Source of the DNA: Lama guanicoe
Lineage: Eukaryota
Direction of reading: 5' to 3'
Assembly: GCA_013239625.1 (NCBI GenBank)
Contig: MU054212.1
Span: 4,808,270-4,872,269 of the forward strand
Length of the DNA: 64,000 nucleotides
Each line of letters starts with the position of its first letter. Positions within the stretch are counted from its first letter, which is position 1. Below are positions 37,281 to 49,668 of the stretch, in pieces. The position numbers were made by a program, and so were the translations under genes. The notes below the pieces were generated by a model. That model was not told the DNA's origin. It worked only from the letters and a program-made list of their open reading frames with translations, and did not search any database.

Positions 37281-39909
37281 ACGATAATAAACAATGTTTT
37301 ATAATCCAAAAGAAAAAAAAACTGAAGCTCTTAGCTAACCACCCTCTTTGCAATTGGGCAACAAATCCTTCCTGGAGAGGGATCTGAGCATTGCCTTTTC
37401 TTACCTATCGTACCCACATAGCCTTTCTCAAGTCTCCCTGACTTTCAAGTCTTCCCATCATCTAGTAAATTACAGGTGTTCCTTAGAAAGAAGGGCAGTA
37501 GGAGTGATGATCTTGAACTCTTTATTCCAAGAACTACTTAAGAAAAATTGGGATACCCTAATTTCACTTTAAACAAGCAACATTTGGTTTTCCTCTGTAA
37601 TAAAAATGAGATTCAAGACCTAAGCAATATGTAGTTAATCTTTGTACACCATTTCTTCTATTAGAGCAATACTCATTCTATATATTTTAAATATTTAGAA
37701 ACAAGAAAATTACATTACCCAGAATCATCTGTAATGCTTGTTCTAGTCATAGATTTACAGATGCATTAAGTATAGAATTAGATTACTAGCTTTCAAAGGT
37801 GCATTAGTCAACCACTCACATGAATTCAGAATTCCCCTTTCAGTGGATCAGAAAGCTATATTCTAGAATAAATTAAAATAAACAGTAGCGTCTTAGCCTC
37901 TCAGTGCATCCTACTGAGTTACCTGAAAAAAAATTAGTGATAACTTCTAAAGGTGACTGTACCTGATGAAAGTAAATAGCAATGGCCTGAAATGCAATTA
38001 ATTAAGCCCTTATAGGAAAGAAAAAAATTCAGATAAAAATACAGGGAATTCACTCAAGGGGAAAGAGATTTAGTAAAGAAAAAATATAAATAAGTGTAAC
38101 AAGATTCTCATTGTCATTCATTTTCTCAAATTTTTTTCCAGATACTCCAAATCTAAGAGAAATACAGTAGGTGCCAAGTATCCTTATATTTTAAATTAGG
38201 TGTTAGGCTACCTCTGGAGATGTTTTAAGAGAATATCAAAGAAATTCTTCAAATAAGTGATCTCCTACTTCCTGGTTTTAAGGAACAGAGAAGAATCATG
38301 ATAAAGGTTCTTTTGCAAGGAGTTGACATGTTGTACATACTATTTTTATCTCCATGGAGGAGGCAAAAGGAGAGTGTTTCCCATAACCATAAGCCAGGGA
38401 GAAGGCCTTCAAGAAAGCCAACTACTTGAAGAGTTCTAGTTGGAGGAGTATTAAAGATAGGCATGAGAGACTGTGGCTAAATTGGACAGAGATACAAAGC
38501 AGAGAATGAGAAGAGGTACTATACTAGGAAAAAGCTTAGAGACAAAGGAGATCATGAGGAACACGTAGTGTAAAACAGGTTGGAGCCACCGGAGAAGGAA
38601 CATTTCTAAGAGCATCATCTGAGGTTTGTAAAAGAACACAATTACGAAAAGTCACTGATTCCCAGGGAACAAAGTAGATTCGCAGGGAATAAAGAAAGCA
38701 TCTAAAGGAGCCATATTTGAGTCTGAAAAATCATAGTGGAAGATACAAGAATATTTCCAGGAAAAACATCAATTGTCCGTAAAAGAGAATTAGCTATATG
38801 TACCAATACCAAATCACAAAAGTCACCAGCGAAAAAGACTGTTCGATTTTTTTTCTTTAATATTACCTCCCCATGAGCACGACACTAAAGGAATCAGAAG
38901 CAGGAGCTAGGTAACAGGTTAGGAGGTAATGGGCTAGGAAGTGAGTAAGGGAAATTGAGGAAGTCACTCCCATCTTTCACTGTGGCTTCTAAGACTTGAA
39001 GATACCCACTGTGAAGAATAGGACAACTTCAGTTAAGTTTAGTTTAGTGAAAGAGTTCTGATAATTACACTGAAGACAAATTTAAGAAAAAAAATTTAAA
39101 ATATGTATTTGTTAAATGACAAGCATTATGAGGAAAGCCAGGGATCCTGCTCCAGCTTTTACCAATGAAAGTTAAATCAATAGCTCACAAAACAGATTAG
39201 AGGCTCTGTGGGAAAAAGAACAATGCTGAATTACAGTTTTGACTTACTGAGTTCCAATCATAGAATAAGCTAGATTGAAAGTTTTAAATCAATTCATCAA
39301 AAAAGTCATTTAAATCAATAATAATCAGTTTTATCAAAGTTACAGTGGTAATGTTACTAACATTGATAGTTGGTTGCAATAAAAATTCAGACAAATTTCA
39401 CAGAAAGCCGTTTTGCAAAGCCTTTCAAAAATAATATGAAAACAGAAGAGTTCCATTTTTAGAAATGTAATCTGAGGAATAATCTAAGGAAATCTTTAAA
39501 ATTGCCAAATAATGTTCATCATGGTGTCATCTTTGAGAAGAAACGGATTGACCAGCTGGCTTGCAGTTTATTTACCAGCAGGTTAATCCCAGGAAAGAAA
39601 GAAGGCAGGTGATCTAGGCATAATCTCTTGGCATTACCTTAATGTGAAATAAACCATAGATTTATAAAGTAACTTCCAAAATATCACCAAGATTTGAATC
39701 AGTGGAAAAATGCACATGGCTCTTGGAAGGAAAACTAATGTAAACTATCAGTTCTTTCTAGGACAATGTATAAATCTCATGTACATTTTTAATTTAAATT
39801 TCTTCTTGGCTTTTTTGATACAATCATTTTAATATTTATATCTTCCTTTTATCACACTGTTTAATATTTTTATAGTTTCTTCAGTATTGTAATATTCCTT
39901 TCAGTAGTC

Positions 39910-40510
39910 TCCTCTGATTTTTTACATGGTTTCAGGGATGGTGTTTCTAAAATGTAAATGTTGTCATACTGATTCTTGTGCAAAATCCTTTAGTGCCTCT
40001 CCAATTTCTCCTAGGCAAAGCTCCCACTTCTGGCAAGGAATTCAGGTTCTCCAGGACTTAGTGCTGACTGCACCTCCCAGTCCATGTGTTGCCCTCACTC
40101 CTGCAGTGCATTTTGCTTCACGCACACGCTGTTCAATGTTCAAATGGGTTATGCTCTCTTTGACTATAATGAATATTCCTTACCCAATTATCTGCTCAGA
40201 CAACCTCTCCTGCTCTTTTAACAATCTTCTCAAAGGTTATTTCTGTTATAAAACGTTACCAGATTCCACATCTACCTTATCTCTTATGTAGGATCAACAC
40301 TTTTCCCTCACCATAAATTGATACATGCTTCTAACATAGTATAATGCTTTATTACACCTACATGTTTTCATGTCAGTCTTTTTTGACTAGACTGGTCCTG
40401 TTTTGATATTTGTTTCTTCAAGCAGGTGGTATATATATATATATATATACATATATATATGTATATATGTATATATATCAGATCTGTGATAATTGTTGAG
40501 TGAGTGAATT
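39910..40510 (+). mobile_element. L2 3' fragment interrupted by (TA)n at about 40430-40478
   Basis: TTTCTAAAATGTAAATGTTGTCAT, AAAATCCTTTAGTGCCTC, GGAATTCAGGTTCTCCAGGAC, ends AATTGTTGAGTGAGTGAAT. Confidence 0.75.
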
Positions 40511-40649
40511 TATTGTTGAAGTTTCAACCCCATGGTTACATTAATTCTCAAATAGCAAGTATATATCTGAAATTCCATTCTCAGATCTTTTGTTGCCATA
40601 ATATAATTACATTTCATAATCATTTTTTAAAGTACTATATGCAGAAGTC

Positions 40650-41039
40650 TGTAGTGGATACTACAATGTGCTGTCCAGATCCCCTTCTAGAGTCCAGCTG
40701 CTGGCAAACAGCTCTAGGCTCTGAGACTTATTTACGAATTGCCACTGCTAAGAGAAGCTTCTAACCCAAGGTTAGGTGCCCTTCCTGGGAGCACCCCAGG
40801 AAGGACCCAATTCCTTCTCCATTAACTCAGAACAACCCTGAAGGGCCAAGCATGTTTCAGAGCTGACCTTGGGGTCAGCAGAAGTCTTGGATGAGACACT
40901 GCCACCATTCCTTCTTTGACCAAATCTGACTTTCTTCTCTTCTTTCCAAAGATTTTGGTTTCAAGAAAAGAATGCTTACATTTCTCTCATGCTTTTATCC
41001 TACTCAGAATCTGCTTTCAGAAAATCCCAATCTGAAATA
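40650..41039 (+). mobile_element. ERVL solo LTR (LTR16A-like)
   Basis: TGTAGTGGATACTACAATGTGCTGTCCAGATCCCCTT start, CCCAAGGTTA, CTGAAGGGCCA, CTCAGAATCTGCTTTCAGAAAATCCCAA end. Confidence 0.85.
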
Positions 41040-44000
41040 GATGTGTAAATTCACCTTTTGAGTAGCAGAAAGAAATTATTGGCACAGGTATCTTAACTTC
41101 TATTTTGGTGCAAAATATTGGAGGACATTACGTTACACTGTTAAGATGCAGAGTGACACTGGTGTTCACACCCACACATGTGGCCATGCATCACACACAG
41201 AATGAGAGATACCTTCAGAGAAGAGTGAGAGTTCCAAACACAGAGGGATTTTTACTGAGAACTTCACTTATCGGTATCCTTTCAGGATACTGGACCTATT
41301 TCCACTTATGTGTACACGTGTTGAGTGGATTTTTGGATTAATTATACAACTTCAGCTAAACTAGCACTTATAAAATGGAAAGATGGCTGATAAAGACACT
41401 TGTAAAGAAAGAAGGCTGATAGCAATTAATGATGCAAATAAAAGCTAGTAATATTGAAATCACAGACATCTCTTGGCCCTTGGAAACAATTTATTTTGAT
41501 GCTAACATGGTGAAAACAACATCAGTCTAAATAAATGTGTTAAGAAGTTAGGCAATTAAATAACACACTAAATAATCAACTAGGTCAAAACAGAAATCAC
41601 CCTTAACGCATTATGAAAATCATTAATAACTTTTATGTATTATTAGAACACAACTGAATTCCAAAAGTTTAGTCTACTTTACGACCAGAAGTTCTTAAGT
41701 CATTATTCCTAGAGTAGAGAGCTACACTCCCAGACTAGAGAGCCACACGGATCTGTGGCAAATTCAACGCAGAGGAAAAGACCTTCCTCATGGGATTCAC
41801 CCCTGCTGATTGGCACTATATTATGCCAGCCTTAACAAAGCTTCATTTAAGCTCCACCTTTACCTTTCATTCTAGAGCCTGTGTAGTTTACATGCAAGTA
41901 GTAGCAGATGACCTCAGAATCTCCATTAGGACTCGATTCTCATAACTTCTGCCATTATTTTTTGTGAAGTTTTAATCATTACTCCCTTAAATATCATTTT
42001 CCTCATATTACTCAGGACACTGAAGTAAATGTTCAGATTAGCTAATATAAAATCTAAAATTCCCAGCCCACTCCACAAAGCTTCTCTGCTTTAATTACTT
42101 CCTATGCAATTTAAACATGCTTCTTTCAACTAAGCCAACCAACTGGCTTTTGCTTTACCCAGGGTAATAATCTTAATACCCAATGTTTGCTAGCTCTTTT
42201 CATAATATCGATGTGTTTCTTTTTATGTTATATACACTATTTCCTATGCCTTCATTCTGAATATGGAACCATTGCCTTTTTTCGCAAGTAAAAATGCCAT
42301 TTCAAAACACTCATTCATAAAGTATTGAAAAAAGTCCTTAAACTATTTTTAATAATAAAATTGGCTTATTTTGGCCATCATTATGAATATGATAGATTTT
42401 TAAAGTTGTAACTTGTAATGGAAAAACAAAAAGAATGCAGCACAGTCAGCTGTGAGTTTAGGGAGAAATTTCATGACCATTTATTAGGCTTATATTTTTT
42501 CATAAATAGTCATTTGGAATGCTAAAGTTGAGGGATTCTATACTTAATGCCATATGATGTTTGTTACATAGATTTTCATTCCATTAATACTTATTAATAT
42601 TTGTAATATTTGATATATAATTAAATATCATAATTTAAAAATATTTTGCTTTGGAACAAATATGACCTTAAATATATTATAAAACAAATTTTAAAATATA
42701 TCTAAATAGGAATAATAAATGAAAGTGTTTATCTCTAGATTTGCTCATTTAGAAACAAATTAGCTGTGACTTTTTTTTCCTTTTGAATACTCACTTTTAA
42801 AACTAAGGGCTATAGCCCACTTATTTTTGCAAGAAAATATATTTTAATATGATGAAATGTAAGCTAAAATATGATTCGAAAAAGAGAGGTCTCTGAATGT
42901 AGAGGTTAAACATTGGAGGGAGGCCTTCTAAGTGAGGGTGTTCTTACATTGCCTTTAAGGCAGTTTAAAGCAGTATTTTGATATATATTTTTAATATTCC
43001 TTTTACTGAAGTAGGGGACAGTATAAGAAAGTAACATAGTTTCTTGAGACAATGTTTCCCAGATTAGTCTATGTATAGACATCCTTGTTTCTTTTAACAT
43101 TCCTTCTACAACAGTAACCTTTTACTTTTAACCATAAAACAAATATTCAAAAGCATAGAGGACAGAAAATTCACAGGTTGATATTTTAACTACTTAATAT
43201 GGTTACTGTTTATTTATTCCTGAAAATAGGAGTTATATGATTTAGCAATTCTGTAGAAATAGATTTGAAGTAAATCTTATATATTAACAAGAGTAAAATC
43301 TACATAAAATCAGATTGACAGTGAAAATATATTAACTTCTAATATATTATGATACTTAGGACATTTTATTAGATACATATTGTCAAGTTGAACATAATTT
43401 AATAGTCTCTCCTAGGACATACAACTAACAATTAAAACAAAACAAATTTATTGCCATTAGCCAATACTTCTTCTGAAGTTCCATCTGTATTATTTTCATT
43501 CTGATTATATCATCTTCTTTTTATTATTTTCCTAAACATCTCATTTTAAAGTTTTTATAACTTTGAGCTCACACTTAAAAATGTGTTTTACAGTATTTTG
43601 AATATAAGAAAATATATTTTAATGTTAGCAAATACAAGCTTTAGTACTGACAACAAATAACATAAATGTTACCATTCTTGTTAAAGCCACTAAATGGTTT
43701 TATTCCTAATGTATGTTTATAGTTTGGTTAATGATATAAGTATCGTTACCATTTTCTTCCAAATGTTTTCAAAATCATTTAGGGATATTTTTTCCAGATG
43801 GTGTTATACAGAGCTGTTACAGCAATGATTCATCTTAACGTTAAAATTCCTATGAAGTAATAAGTTGGTTATAAAGTTTCAGTAGTTTTGATGTGTTCAG
43901 GGCTAATTTTCTACTTAATCCCTAGCTAAGTATAATAAAAGAGAACAATTCACATCGCAACAATTATATAATGCTCTTTAATTTTAAAGTCTCACTCAAA

Positions 44001-45439
44001 TAGGTTTCAGGATATTTTCTGGTGTCTATGTTAGATATTTCTAAGTATTTCATTAGAGTGGAGTTAGAGACAGAAAACCTAGAGAAATTAGAAGCATTTC
44101 AAGATCTGATCCCATAGTCACTGTTTTAACACAATTACATCAAACATAAGAAAATGATGTGCTTTTCCTTCTTAATGTTAAATTCAGCAGACACAAATGT
44201 CTGCAATTGTTTCTTTCCCTATGTAAGAACTGTTTATTCAAAAACATATTTAAATGTTTATATATAATAAACACTGGCTATAATCTTACACTCAGGATCT
44301 AAAAAGTCAAATCTCTATAGCTGATTTATACATTAACTTAGTAAAATGAAATGAGAAATACAAATCTTTAATCAGAGAACATATTTGATATATGCCAAAA
44401 TCAAATAAAAATAAGGTGATTTTCCATTATCCAGGATAATAAGAAATCAACTATAGTAAATAATGCAAAATGGTAAAACATTTGTTTAAATAACATACAT
44501 GTAACACATTTGCTTAAATATCATTTGTAGTCCAGTAGTCTGAAACATTTAATCTTGCAAACTTTTTCCTCTCTGCTCCATTAGTGTTAAAATTCTTTTT
44601 TAATGGTCTGTATTTTCTCAACTGGTCCATGAAATTGGTCACTTTTCCAAAATAGCAGGCTTTTTCTTTTTTTTTTAAATAGAATCTGACGCTAAAACAT
44701 TTCTCTGTGACTCATCCACTAATAAACTATGTTAGGCATATAGTCTTTCTTTGTATAGATATACAGATCCACAGTTTTCTAGCCAAACCCATTCTCCTGT
44801 TTCCTTTTCTTTTGTTAGCATTAACTTTGCTATTTGACTTTTTCCAGTAAACATAGTTGTCCTCAATTCCAGTCAACATTTCTCTGCATGCCTGAGACCC
44901 TGCCAGTGTTCACTTGTGTCTCCAGGTTATTAACTCAGAAAATTATTTGTACAAATTTAGATCTCTACAGATTAGCTCACAAACCTCCTTTTGCTCAAAC
45001 AACTTGTCCACTGTGAGTCATTTCTGGGGCTAAGATTTGTCTATGGCTTCAGTATTAAGAAACTATATATATCTGTATGTATACTTGACTATAGTTTGGA
45101 GCACCTCAGTGACATCTTTTTTTTCTTAGACTTTGTTGGTTTTAGAGAAAACACAATCCACTTCAGAGAATGTCATCTTTAAAATAGAATGTTTTCCTTT
45201 AAAGTTAGCATTTGCTAAACATTGAATGTGATTCATCAAAATGATAAAACGTTAACTCTATTCATTTTGATGGGGATTTAGATATGTCCTACTCCAATGC
45301 AGGTGTAAAATTTAAGTATATCTATACACTTTGTATATTTTCCTTTGCACTCTTACTCTTATCATAATGCCAGCATCATAAAAAGACAATGAAAAAATAT
45401 AACTGAACTCTTTTCAGAAAGAGATAGGGACACTGTCTA

Positions 45440-45622
45440 ATACAAAGGTACTATTCTGGGAATGAAAGGAACCAAGTTTTAGTTCTCACTCCATCATTCA
45501 TTAGCTCTGGTTCTTTGTAGAACTCAACATTTCTGAGTGTCAGAGTCCAGATCTGTAAAATTGGGGTCCTGGAGAAAGATGATCTCCAAGACTTTTCTAA
45601 ACACACCATTCAATGTTTATGA
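45440..45622 (+). mobile_element. MIR3 SINE
   Basis: CATTAGCTCTGG..ATCTGTAAAATTGGGG..AGATGATCTCCAAGAC..ATTCAATGTTTATGA. Confidence 0.75.
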
Positions 45623-46919
45623 CTTTTAGAACAAACGAATTTGCAAAAGGAAAAGGCCCAGAAGTAAAAAAACTAGCTAAGACTCTAAACAAATATTTTA
45701 ATCATATTCTAGTTTAGACTTTAATTCTCAACCATTTGAAGTTTCTCCAAAAGGTAAAGAATCTTTTCTATTTTTCTCTAAAAATGCTACCATGTCAAAA
45801 ACCTAACCAAAAATTGTTTCTCTTAATTCGAGATTCTGTCTTCTTAGAATTTTTAAGCAAAAATAAAGTATTACAGGCTTGTGAAAATCTCTTTTATTAT
45901 ACATACTAATATGTGTGTCAGTTTTTACTTTTGTACTTATGCTTGAAGTAATAATTTTTTAAACCAAATACTATCTATTATGATTTTGGTCAAGCCATCT
46001 TCACAACAATCAGTTTTGGGTCTTCTTGCTAATTGGCGAACTGGATTTTACTTGAAATTTATAGATTTACTGATGTTCTAAGAAGACTGGGTTTTTATAA
46101 TCATGACTTGAAAGAGTTTAAACGTTCAAAACCTAAAAATTCCTCTTAAAGCAATCAGCGTATCTTACTAAAAAGATTTAATTCTTTCTCTGTCCTGAAG
46201 AGGAGTGAGTACACATTTGCATTAAACAACTGAGCAGATGCCATATTGCTCTGCATATTAAAAAATCCTCAAAGGAATAATCTTTCCATTAATCCTATAA
46301 TTTAATGCAACATAATACTGCAATAATTAAAATGCATTCTGTAAAAAATAGTGTACATGTAATTCCTAGATTGATATTTTTAAAGGGAAAATATTGAAAT
46401 AGGGGATATGGTATGATACCTACAAAAAATATTCAAGAAAAATGACCTTCTCAGGTCTGAGAACAGCACTGTAGATCAGGATCCTTTCTAAATGTTTCAA
46501 ACTTACTTTCTTATTCCTCGGTGAGGGATATTAATATATACTTATTTTAAAGTATATTGATTTTTTGAGAGAATATTTTTGGAAAAAAATTAAGCTAACA
46601 TATTGATAACATTTCTCCTTGCACCCTGTTCCCTCAGCAATCTGTTGTGAGAAAGAGAAACAGAAAGGTATATTCTTTTCTTCTCTTTGGTTCATGACCA
46701 GGGTCCACAGCAATCCAGGTAAAAGTTCATTGGCCAAGTTTTTCTGAACCTTCTCTAATTTGGAAACTAGCTGCCAAAATAAAATGGTAGATGATTCACT
46801 CATCTACTTACAAAACTCAAGAGTTAATAAAAACACTAGTATAAATGTTTAAAAACTTTAAAGCAAAATAATAAATTAATTTTTGCTTTATAATGTTACA
46901 TAATATTTATCTGTTTTCT

Positions 46920-47250
46920 TTTTTATATATTTTTGAATGTTTTATATCATGGATAATTTCAAACGTACAAAAAAGTCAGACTGTAACAAACCCTTATTCT
47001 GCATCAGATCCAAGTCTATCCTGTACTACCTATAGTCCCACACCTTCTTCCCCCATATTATTCTGAGACAGTTTATCCACTCATCCATCAAATTTTGGTA
47101 TGCATTTTAAAGAAGTACTCCCTTTCATTAGCTTAAATGTAAATAGTATTATCATGTCTGAAAAAATACAATTCCTCAATAGACCCAATATTCAAACTCC
47201 CATGCTTATTGTTCAAAATTTCCATTCTCATAGTTATTCAGAATCAGAAA
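46920..47250 (-). mobile_element. Old L1 3'UTR (L1MC4/5-like)
   Basis: TTTATATCATGGATAATTTCAAACGTACAAAAAAGT..TAACAAACCC..ATATTCAAACTCCC. Confidence 0.65.
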
Positions 47251-48447
47251 ATATTTCAAAGTCCTCTTTTCCATAATGAACATGAGTTTTATATTTAACT
47301 TTAACCTTCATTTTTTCCCTATATATTCTCATGTATGTCTCTTGTTACTTAGATATCTGCCTCCACAAATCAGTTTACAAATTGTAACTTATTATTCAAT
47401 ATATAAAAAGGAATTGACTACAATAATATGTATAAAAATTATGGTAGACACTTTATGAAGAAAAAGATAATAAGTCATACAACCTCTTAGAAATAATATA
47501 TATATTTTTTAAAAATTTCTTCCTATATATATTGAAATTTTTGTGATTGCTGTATATGAGTTAGGGCACCTAATTTTCACCTGACTACTGTCCTAATTCA
47601 CAATTGTTTTGGCATCCATATAAATTCCTCTGAAACCTTTCCCAGGGGTTTTTGCTGCTCTTTATTCTAAAGTAATATAGACAAAATTTATTTTCCCAGA
47701 GGTAGAAATGTATTACTGTAACAGTGTAGTACTGCCAAATGTGACATTCAGAGAAAGAAGCTATGGTGGCAATGAGAGGTTTATATCTTGTGTTTATCTT
47801 TGGAGCATTTAAGATTTGAAAATACTCTTCCTTATGGTATCCAATGATGTCAGATTTCAGATGCAGAAAATTGCAATATATAATAGGTCTTATATTATGC
47901 TCTAGGCTGTAACTGATAGAGTTTAGTCTACCATCTTTTAAACAGTTTGAATTATATTTTCTAAGAGCATTTTTTTCTTATTTACTACCGTAGGCAAACC
48001 GTCTCTGAGGAGTTGGTTTCCCACTCATGTGGATATAAGAATTGGACTTTATCTTCTTTAAATTTGCACTGAATACAGATAATACATACGGCATTTTAAA
48101 AATAAAACTCTATGGGACTCACAATATTGTTTGTGACATAGGAGATACTTATAAAAATATAAAATAATACAGGGCTCTGCATAATAAATGTATCCACACT
48201 TGTTTGAAATTTATAAAATTTAAAGAAGTTGGACATTATTTAAGAAATTGAAGAATTTATATTTAAACTTAATTTACAAATTCGAGACTATTTATTTAAT
48301 GAACTTTCAATCAATATTATTAAAACACTGGGATCTTTTTCACTGGATTTTAGCTTTTTTATAACCAATTAACAAATTGCAGCTTTTGTTGCCCAAACTG
48401 ACCATAATGTGCAGCATTCAGTAGATGAGTAAGTATCCACATACCAG

Positions 48448-48750
48448 TCATTTACTAAACATTTATTAGTGTCCACTTAGTACTATGAACTTAATCCTTG
48501 TAAGAATTTTACAGTCCCATTGAAGAGTCAAACTGAACAAAGATAACTAATAATAAAAGTCAGTAAATGGTATATTCAAGATATATGTACTGGGTTTTGG
48601 GAGTGCACATACTTGAACCTGTTTCTAGGGCACATGGGACATAACCATAAGAACCAGAGGGTGTGAATAGTGATTCATCAAAGCCCAAGTGCCTCATAAA
48701 AATCTGAGTATGTAAATAATATTAGAGGTCAGAGCAGTACAGAGTATCTA
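48448..48750 (-). mobile_element. L2 3' fragment
   Basis: TCATTTACTAAACATTTATTAGTGTCCACTTAGTAC, AGAATTTTACAGTC. Confidence 0.6.
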
Positions 48751-48847
48751 AAATGTACTCAAATATCCATAATCAGAACAAACAGAGGAGGCAAAAATTG
48801 ATGGCTTTCTCAAGGAGGAAAGAAAAGGAAAATGGAATGCCATTAAA

Positions 48848-49668
48848 ACCTCACACCAGTCAGAATGGCCATCATTCAAAAGTCCGCAAGTGACAAATGC
48901 TGGAGAGGCTGTGGAGAAAAGAGAACCCTCCTTCACTGCTGGTGGGAATGCAGTTTGGTGCAACCACTGTAGAAAACAGTATGGAGATTCCTCAAAAGAC
49001 TAGGAATAGACTTACCATATGACCCAGTAATCCTGCTCATGTGCATATAATCAGAAGGATCCCTAGTTCAAAAAGACACCTGCACCCCAATGTTCATAGC
49101 AGGACTATTTACAATAGCCAAGACATGGAAACAGAATAAATGTCCATCAACAGATGACTGGATAAAGAAGATGTGGTATATTTATACAATGGAATACTAT
49201 TTAGCCATAAAAATGACAATATAACGCCATTTGCAGCAACATGGATGTCCCTGGAGAATGTCTAAGTGAAGCAAGCCAGAAAGAGAAAGAAAAATACCAT
49301 ATGAGATCGCTCATATGTTGAATCTAAAAAAAAAAAAGAAGAACATACATACAAAACATAAACAGACTCATAGACATAGAATACAAACTTGTGGTTGCCA
49401 AGGGGGAGGGGAGTGGGAAGGGATAGACTGGGAGTTCAAAATTTGTAGATACTGACAGGCATATGTAGAATAGATAAACAAGTTTAAACTGTATAGCACA
49501 GGGAAATATATACAAGATCTTGTGGTAGCTCACAGTGAAAAAAATGTGACAACGAATATATGTATGTTCATGCATAACTGAAAAATTGTGCTCTACACTG
49601 GAATTTGACACAACATTGTAAAATGACTATAACTCAATAAAAAAATGTTTAAAACAAAAACCAAAAAT
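48848..49668 (+). mobile_element. Young 5'-truncated L1 (same family as 56092-57385)
   Basis: Closely matches the 56.6-57.4 kb copy: ACCTCACACCAGTCAGAATGGC..GACTAGGAATAGACTTACCATATGACCCAG..GACACAACATTGTAAAATGACTATAACTCAATAAAAAA. Confidence 0.96.

Noticed and set aside
38280..39100. Possible ancient LTR (LTR78/MamGyp-like) in purine-rich sequence
   Set aside because: I could not anchor termini or diagnostic motifs with enough confidence to call it.
41272..46807. Short perfect hairpins (GTATCCT-TTC-AGGATAC, GCAGACA-CAAA-TGTCTGC, GTAGATGA-TTCAC-TCATCTAC)
   Set aside because: Stems of 7-8 bp are expected at random in this length of sequence.
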